Shown here piece by piece: positions 25,299-34,760 of a DNA stretch of 64,000 nucleotides. A model generated the notes under the pieces. That model was not told the DNA's origin and did not search any database. It was given only the letters and a program-made list of their open reading frames with translations. Position 1 is the first letter of the stretch. The number at the start of each line of letters is the position of its first letter. A program made the position numbers and the translations under genes. The stretch comes from Planctomycetota bacterium (GTDB lineage: Bacteria > Planctomycetota > UBA11346), in assembly GCA_038213805.1 (NCBI GenBank), contig JBBQSO010000005.1, positions 1-64,000 of the forward strand, written 5' to 3'.

Positions 25299-28250
25299 GT
25301 GGATCCTGCATCTCCCGCACGTACCCGCGCCCTTGGCCTCGACCTCTTCCGGGCCGCCCGCGCGGCGCAACCCTGGCCGCTGAGCCGGGCATGGTTGGAT
25401 GACCACGCCCTAGCGCTGACCATGGACGACGCGGCGCTGAAGGCGCAGCTCTTCCGCTTCGTCGACGCGCTGCCCGGCCTGCGCAGCGCCGGCGAGGTCG
25501 CGCGCCACCTGCGTGAGTACCTGCTGCCGGTCGCGGACCGCCTGCCGGGGTGGTCGGCACGACTGCTGGCGGCGCTGCCGGTGGACGGCCCGATCGCCGG
25601 ACTGGTCGCGGCCGGGGCGCGCTGGGGTGCCGGGCGGCTGGCGCAGCGCTTCATCGCCGGCTCGGACCTGGACAGCGTGCTGGCAACGATCGCGCGGTTA
25701 CGCGCGCAGCGGCTGACCTTCACGGTCGATGTGCTCGGCGAGGCGGTGATCTCCGATGCCGAATCCGATGCCTATCAAGCAGCCTACCGCGGTCTGATCG
25801 GCGGGCTCGCGGACGCCGCGGACACATGGCGCGAGGTGCCGCTCATCGACCGCGATGCGGCGGGTGCGCTGCCCCGGGTCAATGTCTCGCTCAAACTCTC
25901 CGCGCTGGCCAACCGTTTTGATCCGGCCGATCCGGATGGCACCGCGCGCGCGGTCGGCGCGCGCCTGCGCCCGCTGCTGCGTCTGGCGCGCTCGCGCGGC
26001 GTGTTCGTCAACCTCGACATGGAAAGCCACGCGCACAAGGACGCGACCCTGGCGATCTTCATGGCGGTGCTCGGCGAGGAGGAGTTCCGCTCCTGGAGCG
26101 ACGTCGGCATCGCCATCCAGGCCTACCTGCGCGACAGCGGCGGTGATCTCGAGCGGCTCGCCGCGTGGGTTGCGCGCCGTGGCGCGCCGGTGTGGGTGCG
26201 CCTGGTCAAGGGCGCTTATTGGGACCACGAGTGCGTGCTTGCCGCGCAGAACGGCTGGCCGGTACCGGTGTTCACCGACAAGGCCGCGACCGATGCCAAT
26301 TATGAGCGGCTCAGCGGGTACCTCATCGCCCACCACGAGCTGCTGCGCCCCGCACTCGCCAGCCACAACGTGCGCTCCATCGCCCATGCCCTGGCCACCG
26401 CCGAAGCCGCGCACCTGCCCGCGGGCCGCATCGAGTTCCAGATGCTCTACGGTATGGTCGACCCACTCAAGGCGGCGCTGGTCGCGGCCGGCCAGCGCGT
26501 GCGCATCTATACGCCCTTCGGGCGCCTGCTGCCAGGCATGGCCTACCTGGTTCGTCGGCTGCTCGAGAACACCTCCAACCAGTCGTTCGTACGCGCCGGC
26601 TTCCTCGAAGGTCGCGCCGCGGAGGAGTTGCTCATGCCGCCTGTGCCCGCTTCTGCATCACATCCCACTGCTGCGGCCGGTTTCGCCAACGAACCGCTCA
26701 GCGACTTCAGCCAGGAAGGTCCCCGCCGAGCGCTTGCCGCCGCGCTCGCCGTCGCCCCGGATGCGCGCCTGCGCCCGTTGCTGATCGCTGGCCAGCGCCT
26801 GCCGACCGCACGCACCATTCCCGTGCATAATCCCTCGCATCGTCGTGAGCTGCTCGGCAGCAGCGCCTGCGCCGGCGCGGGTGAGGCGGAGGCAGCAATC
26901 GCCGCCGCCCAGGCCGCCTTCCCCGCCTGGCGTGAGACTCCGGTCGCAGAACGCTGCGCCGTGCTCGAACGCGCTGGCGACCTGCTCGCCCGGCGCCGCT
27001 TCGCGCTCGCCGCGCTGATTGTGCGCGAGGCCGGCAAGTCCGGGCCCGAGGCCGACGCCGACGTCGCCGAAGCCATCGACTTCTGCCGCTTCTACGCCGC
27101 CGAGATGCGCGCCCTCGCTAGCCCACGCCGCCGCGACGTGCCCGGCGAGGAGAACCGCCTGGTCTATGATCCGCGCGGCGTCGCGGTGGTGATCGCGCCG
27201 TGGAACTTCCCGCTCGCCATCCTCGCCGGCATGGCGGTGGCCGCGCTGGTTGCGGGCAATCCGGTGATCCTCAAGCCGGCGGAGCAGACGCCCCTGATCG
27301 CCGCCGAACTGGTCGACATCCTGGTCGCCGCCGGCGCGCCGCCCGGCACGGTGGCCTACCTGCCCGGCTTTGGCGAGGAAATCGGCCCGCTGCTGGTCGG
27401 CCATCCACAGGTGCCGACCGTGGCCTTTACCGGCTCACTCGCGGTGGGCCTGGCCATCCACCGCCAAGCCGCGGCGCTGGCTGGCGGCCCCGGTGATGAG
27501 GTCAAACGCGTGATCTGCGAGATGGGTGGCAAGAACGCGATCATCGTCGACGCCGACGCCGACCTCGACGAGGCCGTGCTCGGCGTCATGCACAGCGCCT
27601 TCGGTTATCAGGGGCAGAAGTGCTCGGCCTGCTCGCGGGCCATCATCGTCGGCGGCATTTACGACCAGTTCCTGGAGCGCCTGGTCGCCGCCACGCGCAG
27701 CCTGACCCTGGGCCCGGCCGAAGACCCCGGATCGGCGCTCGGTCCGGTGATCGACGCGGATGCGCGCGACCGCATCCGGGCGCGCATCGCAGAGGGCGCC
27801 CAGCACGCCCGCCTCGCCTACGCGGGCAGCAGCGCGGCGCTGGACGATGAGGGTTGGTACGTCGCGCCGCACATCTTTGCCGACGTCGTGCCCGGCGACG
27901 CGCTCGCCCAGGAGGAGATCTTCGGCCCGGTGCTGGCCGTGCTGCGCGCCCGCGACCTCAACCACGCCATCGCCATCGCCAACGGTACGCGCTACGCGCT
28001 GACCGGCGGCATCTACACGCGCAGTCCGGTGGCGATCGCGCGCGCAGGGCGCGAACTGCGCGTCGGCAACCTTTACATCAACCGCCGCATCACCGGCGCG
28101 CTGGTCGACCGCCAGCCTTTCGGCGGCTTCCGCATGTCGGGCATCGGTTCGAAGGCAGGGGGGCCGGACTATCTCAAGCAGTTCTTGGTGCCGCGCTGCA
28201 TCACCGAGAACACGGTGCGGCATGGATTCACGCCGGATGGGTTGGAGTGA
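25299..28250 (+). CDS. putA: Bifunctional proline dehydrogenase / L-glutamate gamma-semialdehyde dehydrogenase
   Basis: QLFRFVD, DVLGE, RLVKGAYWD, YLVRRLLENTSN; PWNFPLAI, CEMGGKNA, GQKCSACSR, EEIFGPV; start uncertain (25245 or 25299). Confidence 0.95.
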   Translation: MDPASPARTRALGLDLFRAARAAQPWPLSRAWLDDHALALTMDDAALKAQLFRFVDALPGLRSAGEVARHLREYLLPVADRLPGWSARLLAALPVDGPIAGLVAAGARWGAGRLAQRFIAGSDLDSVLATIARLRAQRLTFTVDVLGEAVISDAESDAYQAAYRGLIGGLADAADTWREVPLIDRDAAGALPRVNVSLKLSALANRFDPADPDGTARAVGARLRPLLRLARSRGVFVNLDMESHAHKDATLAIFMAVLGEEEFRSWSDVGIAIQAYLRDSGGDLERLAAWVARRGAPVWVRLVKGAYWDHECVLAAQNGWPVPVFTDKAATDANYERLSGYLIAHHELLRPALASHNVRSIAHALATAEAAHLPAGRIEFQMLYGMVDPLKAALVAAGQRVRIYTPFGRLLPGMAYLVRRLLENTSNQSFVRAGFLEGRAAEELLMPPVPASASHPTAAAGFANEPLSDFSQEGPRRALAAALAVAPDARLRPLLIAGQRLPTARTIPVHNPSHRRELLGSSACAGAGEAEAAIAAAQAAFPAWRETPVAERCAVLERAGDLLARRRFALAALIVREAGKSGPEADADVAEAIDFCRFYAAEMRALASPRRRDVPGEENRLVYDPRGVAVVIAPWNFPLAILAGMAVAALVAGNPVILKPAEQTPLIAAELVDILVAAGAPPGTVAYLPGFGEEIGPLLVGHPQVPTVAFTGSLAVGLAIHRQAAALAGGPGDEVKRVICEMGGKNAIIVDADADLDEAVLGVMHSAFGYQGQKCSACSRAIIVGGIYDQFLERLVAATRSLTLGPAEDPGSALGPVIDADARDRIRARIAEGAQHARLAYAGSSAALDDEGWYVAPHIFADVVPGDALAQEEIFGPVLAVLRARDLNHAIAIANGTRYALTGGIYTRSPVAIARAGRELRVGNLYINRRITGALVDRQPFGGFRMSGIGSKAGGPDYLKQFLVPRCITENTVRHGFTPDGLE

Positions 28251-28661
28251 GCGCCCCAAGTCCCTAAGCGCGAGGCGCGAGGTGCGAACTCGTCGACCCC
28301 GGGGGCGGCAAGTGACGGCACATGGGCGTAATGGAACCGTCAACAAGGTCATGGAGCCGGTGAAACCATGCTTCTGTTGCCATAACCAGGCATGGAACAG
28401 GCGAGTTGTTCCAGGTGTTCCATCCATCGATGGAATCCTGCCTGATGCAGGCGTGCATTTCCCTGCCTGCTGCGTTAGCCGAGGTCATACGTGCGGCACC
28501 CACCGGCGTTCATCGGCAGGTCGAAAACGCGCCTCCATCGGCACTTCCGTCTGGGTTTGGGGGCCTTGATTTGCGCCGCGACAATAGCCGACATGATTCA
28601 CAGTGATCATGCATTGTTCACCATACGGCAGATCGTCCGCCCGCCTCCTCGGGAGCCTTCC

Positions 28662-30680
28662 ATGCGTATCGTCCAGCGTCTAACCCGCCACCTCGTCCTG
28701 ACCCTCGGTGCCTTGGCGATGCTGAGCAGCGCCGAAGCCGGCAAGGCCGCCATCGAGCGTACGGAACAGCCCAAGGCGCCCAAGGGCGCCAGCGAGCAGC
28801 CCGCTGCCGCCGGCGACTTCGACGAGGCCGCGATCAAAAAGGCAGCCGGTGAGATCGACGCGATCATCGACGCCGGCCTGGCCAAGGACAAGATCAAGCC
28901 AACCGCCAAGACCCGCGACGACCAGTTCCTGCGACGCATCTACCTCGATCTCGCCGGACGCATCCCCACGATCGGCGAGGCCGGCCCCTTCCTGGCGAGC
29001 AGCAAGAAGGACAAGCGCGAACTGCTGGTGAAGCAGCTGCTCGCCAGCGAAGGCTACGTCAGCAACACCTTCACCTGGTGGGCCGACATGCTGCGCGCGC
29101 GTTCGCGCCTGCAGGACCGCTTCGAGGGCCAGCCGTACATCGACTGGATCAAGACCTCGGTGCGCGAGAACAAGCCCTACGACAAGATGGTCTACGACCT
29201 GATCACCGCCCAGGGTGACGGCACCAAGCGCGGCAACGGCGCCACCGGCTACTACGCCGCCGACGCCGGCATGCCGCAGGACAACATGGCGAACACCGTG
29301 CGCCTGTTCCTGGGCACACGCCTGAGCTGCGCGCAGTGCCATAACCACCCCTTCGACAAGTGGACGCGCAAAGACTTCTTCCAGATGACTGCCTTCACCG
29401 AAGGCACCGACACCCACAGCAACGAGGGTGAGATTGAGCGCGCGGTCAAGGGCCTCAAGGGCGACGCGCCCTATTCCACCGGCAACATCGCGCGCCGTGT
29501 TGGCGAGACCCTGGGCATGAGCGTCAGCAACGGTGACAAGGGCGAGATCGGCCTGCCCGACAACTACCAGTACGACGACGCGCACCCGCGCGACCGCATC
29601 CGCGCGCGCACCATGTTCAACGAGGACATCCTCAGCGCCGGCGCGGTCAGCGTGCGCGACGCGTACGGCAAGTGGATGACCTCGCCCAACAACGCGCGCT
29701 TCACCCTGGTGGCCGCGAACCGCCTGTGGAAGCGCCTGATGCGCATCGGCTTCATCGAGCCGCTCGACAACCTCGAGGACGACACCAAACCCTTCAATCA
29801 GGAACTCGCCGACTACCTGGTGCAGATGCTGAAGGACGTCCGCTACGACACCCGCAAATTCCAGGAGGTTATTTGCCGCACCAGCGCCTACCAGCGCCAG
29901 TCGATCGCTGGTGACGCCGACCGCTTCAAGTTCCACCACGAGGGCCAGCCGCTGCGCCGACTGACGGCCGAGCAGATGTGGGACTCGCTGGTGACCCTGA
30001 CCGTGCCCGACGTCGACAGCATCAAAGACGACAGCGCCGAGACCCTGTACCGCTTCTACGACGCCAACCACGGGAAATCGACGCAGGAAGTCGCGCAGAT
30101 GGTGCTCAAGGCCGGTGAGGCCCAGGACCAGATCGACGACTACGAGAAGCAGATGCGCGAGATCCGCCTTGGACTCGAGAAGGGCGGCGACAAGGGCCAG
30201 GCCGAAGCCAAGATCAAGGACCTGCAGAACAAGCAGAACGCCCTGCGCCCCACCGCCGATATCTTTACGCCTTACTACGCCAAGGGTGGCAACAGCGTCG
30301 GGCCGATGCGCCGCGCCTCCGAGCTGCCCTCGCCGATGCCGCCAGGCCACTTCCTGCGCGTGTTCGGCCAGTCGAACCGCCAGCTGATCGACAACTCCAC
30401 CGACTCCCTGAACCTGACCCAGGCGCTGGAGCTGATGAACGGCATGGTCGAGACCACCATCTTCGGCGACGACAAGTCGGCGCTGTCGCTTGAGCTGGCC
30501 AAGGGCCGCAACCTGGACGACAAGGTGTTGATCCTCTACGCCTCGATCCTCTCGCGCCGCCCGGCGGGGTTCGAGATCGAGTACGGCCACAAGGTCATGG
30601 CCCTGGCTCCCAATCATCGCGGTGTGCAGTACCTGGGCTGGGCGCTGGTCAACAGCGCCGAGTTCGCCTTCAACGAATGA
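28662..30680 (+). CDS. DUF1549/DUF1553 domain protein (planctomycete-type)
   Basis: FLRRIYLDLAGRIPT, FLGTRLSCAQCHNHPFDKW, NRLWKRLM, RRLTAEQMWDSL, WALVNSAEF; signal peptide. Confidence 0.92.
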   Translation: MRIVQRLTRHLVLTLGALAMLSSAEAGKAAIERTEQPKAPKGASEQPAAAGDFDEAAIKKAAGEIDAIIDAGLAKDKIKPTAKTRDDQFLRRIYLDLAGRIPTIGEAGPFLASSKKDKRELLVKQLLASEGYVSNTFTWWADMLRARSRLQDRFEGQPYIDWIKTSVRENKPYDKMVYDLITAQGDGTKRGNGATGYYAADAGMPQDNMANTVRLFLGTRLSCAQCHNHPFDKWTRKDFFQMTAFTEGTDTHSNEGEIERAVKGLKGDAPYSTGNIARRVGETLGMSVSNGDKGEIGLPDNYQYDDAHPRDRIRARTMFNEDILSAGAVSVRDAYGKWMTSPNNARFTLVAANRLWKRLMRIGFIEPLDNLEDDTKPFNQELADYLVQMLKDVRYDTRKFQEVICRTSAYQRQSIAGDADRFKFHHEGQPLRRLTAEQMWDSLVTLTVPDVDSIKDDSAETLYRFYDANHGKSTQEVAQMVLKAGEAQDQIDDYEKQMREIRLGLEKGGDKGQAEAKIKDLQNKQNALRPTADIFTPYYAKGGNSVGPMRRASELPSPMPPGHFLRVFGQSNRQLIDNSTDSLNLTQALELMNGMVETTIFGDDKSALSLELAKGRNLDDKVLILYASILSRRPAGFEIEYGHKVMALAPNHRGVQYLGWALVNSAEFAFNE

Positions 30681-30696
30681 AGACCTGAGGAAAACC

Positions 30697-32010
30697 ATGA
30701 GCAACCCCGCCAACCGCCTCGACGAACCCACCCGCCGCGCGGTCCTCACCGGACTGGCCAAGGCCGCCTTCGGGCTGTCGATCCTGCCCCTGGCCGGATC
30801 GCTGGCCTGGTCGGACACCCCGGCGCCCGCGGCCGTGGCCCAGGTCCCGCCGCGCAAGAAGCCGGCCAGCCGTTGCATCTACCTCTACATGGGTGGTGGC
30901 ATGAGCCACATCGACACCCTCGATCCCAAGCCGGGTACGCGCTCGCAGGGTCCGCTCAAGGCGGTAAACTCAAAGGCTGATGGCATCCAGCTCGGCGAGT
31001 TGCTGACCATGACCGCCGCGCAGATGAAGCACTGCACGGTGCTGCGCGGCCTCAGCTCCAACCAGGGCGCGCACGAGCAGGCCGCCTACTTCATGCGCAC
31101 CAGCTACGCGCCGATCAACACTACGCGCCACCCGAGCATGAGCGCGTGGAGCAACTTCTTCCAGGCCAAGCCCGGCGAGACTCTGCCCGGCGGCATCATG
31201 ATCAATGGTGGCGGCGAGCATCCGGGCTCTGGCTACCTGGAATCGAAGTTCGCGCCCCTGCCGGTCGGCGATCCCGCGCGCGGCGTGACCAACATCCATC
31301 CGCCGCAGGGCGTCGACCTCAAGGAGATGCGCAACCGCCTGGACGTGCTCGAATCGCTCAACCACAAATTCTACAAGAGCTACGACCTCAAAGCCATGAA
31401 GGGCCATGGGGACATGTATGCCGACGCGGTCAAGCTGATGGCGGCGAAGGACATCGAAGCCTTCGACATCAGTAAGGAGCCGGGCAACGTCGCGGCGCGC
31501 TACGGTGACCACGCCTTCGGCAAGGCCTGCCTGCTGGCGCGCCGCCTGGTCGAGAAGAACGTGCGCTTCATCGACATCTCGCACGGCGGCTGGGACACCC
31601 ACGACGACAACTTCAACCGCCTCAAGGGCACCGCTGGCCAGCTCGACCAGGGCATGAGCGCGCTGATCGAGGATCTTGCCCAGCGCGGCCTGCTCGCCGA
31701 CACCCTGATCTGTCTGGTTTCGGAATTCGGTCGCAGCCCGCAGATCAACGTGACCAACGGCCGCGACCACTACCCCAAGGCGTTCTCGGCGATGCTCGCC
31801 GGCGGCGGCCTCAAGGGCGGCAGCGTCTACGGCGCCACCAACGCCGAAGGCACCGAGGTCGCCGAGGGCAAGCTCGAGATCCCCGACCTCAACGCCACCA
31901 TCGCCTACGGCCTCGGCCTGCCGATCGGCAAGACCATCATGTCGCCGGACGGCCGGCCGTTCACCATCGCCCACAAAGGCAAGCCGGTGGTGGATCTGTT
32001 CACGGCCTGA
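30697..32010 (+). CDS. DUF1501 domain protein with Tat-like signal
   Basis: TRRAVL, YMGGGMSHIDTLDPK, CLLARRLVE, GWDTH, EFGRSP, GRDH. Confidence 0.93.
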   Translation: MSNPANRLDEPTRRAVLTGLAKAAFGLSILPLAGSLAWSDTPAPAAVAQVPPRKKPASRCIYLYMGGGMSHIDTLDPKPGTRSQGPLKAVNSKADGIQLGELLTMTAAQMKHCTVLRGLSSNQGAHEQAAYFMRTSYAPINTTRHPSMSAWSNFFQAKPGETLPGGIMINGGGEHPGSGYLESKFAPLPVGDPARGVTNIHPPQGVDLKEMRNRLDVLESLNHKFYKSYDLKAMKGHGDMYADAVKLMAAKDIEAFDISKEPGNVAARYGDHAFGKACLLARRLVEKNVRFIDISHGGWDTHDDNFNRLKGTAGQLDQGMSALIEDLAQRGLLADTLICLVSEFGRSPQINVTNGRDHYPKAFSAMLAGGGLKGGSVYGATNAEGTEVAEGKLEIPDLNATIAYGLGLPIGKTIMSPDGRPFTIAHKGKPVVDLFTA

Positions 32011-32071
32011 TGAGTCTCCGTGAAGGTGTCGCCGACCGGACGCCCAGGCGCGACGGTCGGTGATCACGTGC

Positions 32072-32102
32072 AAGAGGACGGGTCAGGCCCGTCCTCTTTT
32101 TT
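32072..32102 (+). terminator. Rho-independent terminator
   Basis: AAGAGGACGGG-TCAGG-CCCGTCCTCTT followed by a T run, between convergent genes. Confidence 0.85.
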
Positions 32103-32156
32103 CATTTTGGGCTGCAATGTCCGCCAGTGTCGCGACGCACGTTCAGCAGCGGCGGT

Positions 32157-32903
32157 TCACCCTGTGGCGACGACGGTGTCCCGGTTCAGGTTGTCTCCCC
32201 GCACAGAATGACGGTAAAAATGGTGATCGGGATCCAGCAGCTCTGAGAGTTTCGCGAAATCCCGGATTTGCCGACCGACCTGCTGGGACTCCGGCCACTC
32301 GTGCTGCTCATCCTGCGGGGGGTGGGCGGCCTGCAGGAACAACCGGTGGTCGAAATGGGCCCGCTCGTGGACGACGCCGTCGTGGATGTGCACGGTCGGG
32401 AAGAACAGGGTCCGGACATCGGCGCGCGGGAAGGAGAAGGCCATGGGGTGCACCTCCACCTTGCCGGCCTTGAGCTTGAACACCACGAAACCGTGGGTGC
32501 GGTACTGGGGTAACCGGTCCCACGTGCCGGCGGGTAGGCGGAAGCGCGCGTCGAGACGCGCGAAGTCGGTGAGAGTTGGCACGAAGGAGGCTTCGAAGGC
32601 GCCGACCTGCTCCACCGGCAGGTCGATGGCGGCTTTCGTCGGGCCCCGCCCACCCGCAGCCGGAGTAGGTGCCGGCCAAGCATTTTCGAGCTGATCAAAG
32701 AAGTCCGCAGTGGCGGACAGATCGATGAACTTTACCGCATCCTGCGCCGCCCCACTGGCGACCGGGATCGGCAGCACCATGGCCACGTCTGCCGCGGCCT
32801 CCAGGCTCATGCTGTACACCAGGAATTGCCGGCCATCCGCGGTGCCGCGGGCGAAGATTCTGGTGTCGGAGACGGATGTGACGGGACCGGAAAAGCAGCA
32901 CAT
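32157..32903 (-). CDS. Conserved-looking hypothetical protein (starts MCCFS)
   Basis: DTRIFAR, AMVLPIP, VGAFEASFVP, RLDARFRLP, LFFPTVHIHDG, FDHRLF; globular composition, function unknown. Confidence 0.7.
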   Translation of the reverse strand: MCCFSGPVTSVSDTRIFARGTADGRQFLVYSMSLEAAADVAMVLPIPVASGAAQDAVKFIDLSATADFFDQLENAWPAPTPAAGGRGPTKAAIDLPVEQVGAFEASFVPTLTDFARLDARFRLPAGTWDRLPQYRTHGFVVFKLKAGKVEVHPMAFSFPRADVRTLFFPTVHIHDGVVHERAHFDHRLFLQAAHPPQDEQHEWPESQQVGRQIRDFAKLSELLDPDHHFYRHSVRGDNLNRDTVVATG

Positions 32904-33017
32904 GGAGGACCTCGCTCTCGGTGCTGATCGTACCAAGGTGCGAGCCCACGGGCAAGGTGCGGACGTGATGGTCACGAGATTGCGGAACCCAGTCCCGCGT
33001 TCACGGCGCGCTGAGGA

Positions 33018-34160
33018 TCACCGTGGCCAGATCGCCAACGCCTTGCGGCAGTCCTCAAGGCTCGGTACCAGCGCGAGCCGGAACCACCCCGCTCCGCCGT
33101 CGCCGAAGAATCCGCCCGGGCTGACCACGATGCCGGCGTCGAGGCACCGCGCCGCGTAGGCCTCTGCGGTGGCTCCGGCCGGGACCTCGGCCCAGATGTA
33201 GAGCCCGGCCGCGCTCGGCAGGATGGCGATGCCGAGCGCGGCGAGGCCGTCGGCAAGCAGGCGGTACTTGGCGGCGAAGATGCGGCGGCGATCGGCGGCG
33301 TGCGCGTCGTCGCTCCACGCGGCGGCCGCCGCGGCTTCGACGAAGGCGGGGCTGCCCACGCCCATCGCGGCGCGCCAGCCGCGGTAGGCCTTGATCAGCG
33401 CGGCATCGCCGGCGATGAAGCCACTTCGGTAGCCGGTCATGCCGCTACGCTTCGAGCAGCTGTGGAAGGCGAGCACGCCCTGCGCGCCACATTCCAGCGC
33501 GGAGGGGGGCGGCGTGGCGGCCTCGTCGAACCACAGATCCTGGTAGCACTCGTCGGACGCCAGGATGATGCCGTGCTCGCTCGCCACCGCGACCTGCGCC
33601 GCGTAATAGGCGCGGTCGACGCAGGCGCCGGTCGGATTGTGCGGGTAATTCAGCCACGCGATCGCGGTGCGCGCCAGGACCGCAGCGGGCAGGCGCTCGA
33701 GTTCCAGGCGGTAGCCGTGCGCGCGCTCCAGCACCACCGCGTGCTCGTGGCCGCCGGCGAAGAGCGTGCCTGCCTGGTAGACCGGATACCCGGGCGTACC
33801 GTGCACCACGGTGTCTTTTTGCGTGCCCGGATCCAGGAAGGCCAACGGCAGATGAAAAATCGCCTCCTTGCTGCCCGCCGCCGGCAGGATCTGAGCGTCT
33901 GCATCGAGGCGCACGGCGAAGCGTCGCTTGAGATAGTCGCCTGCGGCGCGGCGCAGCGCCGGCGTGCCCGCCACCGAGGGGTACTGGCTGACCTCGGGTA
34001 CCGCCGCGCGCAGCGCCGCTGGGATGAAGGCCGGTGTCGGCTCAATGGGATCGCCAGTGCCGAAATCGAAGATCGTCCTGCCCGCCTTGGCCAACGCCGC
34101 CTTGCGCGCCTGGAGCTCGGCCATCGGATAGGGTTGCAGGGCGCGCAGGGCTGGGTTCAT
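33018..34160 (-). CDS. PLP-dependent aminotransferase class I/II (succinyldiaminopimelate transaminase-like)
   Basis: GSKEAIF, NYPHNPTG, SDECY, SCSKRSGMTGYRSG. Confidence 0.88.
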   Translation of the reverse strand: MNPALRALQPYPMAELQARKAALAKAGRTIFDFGTGDPIEPTPAFIPAALRAAVPEVSQYPSVAGTPALRRAAGDYLKRRFAVRLDADAQILPAAGSKEAIFHLPLAFLDPGTQKDTVVHGTPGYPVYQAGTLFAGGHEHAVVLERAHGYRLELERLPAAVLARTAIAWLNYPHNPTGACVDRAYYAAQVAVASEHGIILASDECYQDLWFDEAATPPPSALECGAQGVLAFHSCSKRSGMTGYRSGFIAGDAALIKAYRGWRAAMGVGSPAFVEAAAAAAWSDDAHAADRRRIFAAKYRLLADGLAALGIAILPSAAGLYIWAEVPAGATAEAYAARCLDAGIVVSPGGFFGDGGAGWFRLALVPSLEDCRKALAIWPR

Positions 34161-34379
34161 TTTTTTGAGATGGAGTGGGGAAGGGGGACGACGGGGATGG
34201 ACGCAGGGAAGCAGGACAGAGGTGGTGCAGGAAACTGGCGAGACGCTCACAGCGTGACAGGAATCGCCGGATCAGAAAGCTGCGATACTCGATGAGAGCG
34301 CATGGGTGCGAGGAAACACTGGGGCTCTCGCGACTCGCCTTTCCACCTTCCTCCCTGGTCTCTTCCTGCCCGTCCTCTT

Positions 34380-34760
34380 CTACCCTTCCAGAATGCACAC
34401 CGCGATCGCCATCCCGTCGCTATGGCTCACCGAGCAATGCCAACGCGTCGCTCCGCGCCGTCCCGTCACGGCGAGCGCCTCGCCACTCAGTTCCAGGCGC
34501 GGCGCACCGCGGTCGGGCCCAGGCAGCAGGGCGATCTGGGTGAACGTCACGCCCAGCGCCCAGCCGGTGCCGAGCGCCTTCATGCAGGCCTCCTTGGCGG
34601 CCCAGCGCGCGGCCAGGCGCTCGCCCGGGGCGGTGGCGGCGAGGCAGTAGGCGATCTCTTCAGGCGTGTAGACGCGTTCGAGGAAGCGCGCGCCCTGGCG
34701 GGCGTGGACGCCTGCGATGCGCGCGACGGAGATCAGATCGATCCCCAGACCGATGATCAC
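34380..34760 (-). CDS. acpS: Holo-[acyl-carrier-protein] synthase
   Basis: IIGLGIDL, RWAAKEACMKALGTG, SVSHS; GTGA overlap with the upstream stop. Confidence 0.95.
   Translation of the reverse strand: MIIGLGIDLISVARIAGVHARQGARFLERVYTPEEIAYCLAATAPGERLAARWAAKEACMKALGTGWALGVTFTQIALLPGPDRGAPRLELSGEALAVTGRRGATRWHCSVSHSDGMAIAVCILEG

Noticed and set aside
28379..28480. Possible integron attC site (CATAAC...GTTAGCC with imperfect internal complementarity)
   Set aside because: The R boxes match only over TAAC/GTTA, there is no cassette ORF or integrase, and it is a single copy.
28251..28661. Riboswitch or sRNA in the 400-bp spacer upstream of the DUF1549 gene
   Set aside because: Short palindromes are present but no known RNA family was recognisable; an Rfam covariance search would be needed.
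28680..30878. Long antisense ORFs (also 40017-42134, 18423-20351, 34790-36502, 36638-38452, 53832-55562)
   Set aside because: Typical stop-poor mirror frames of high-GC genes with no recognisable motifs.
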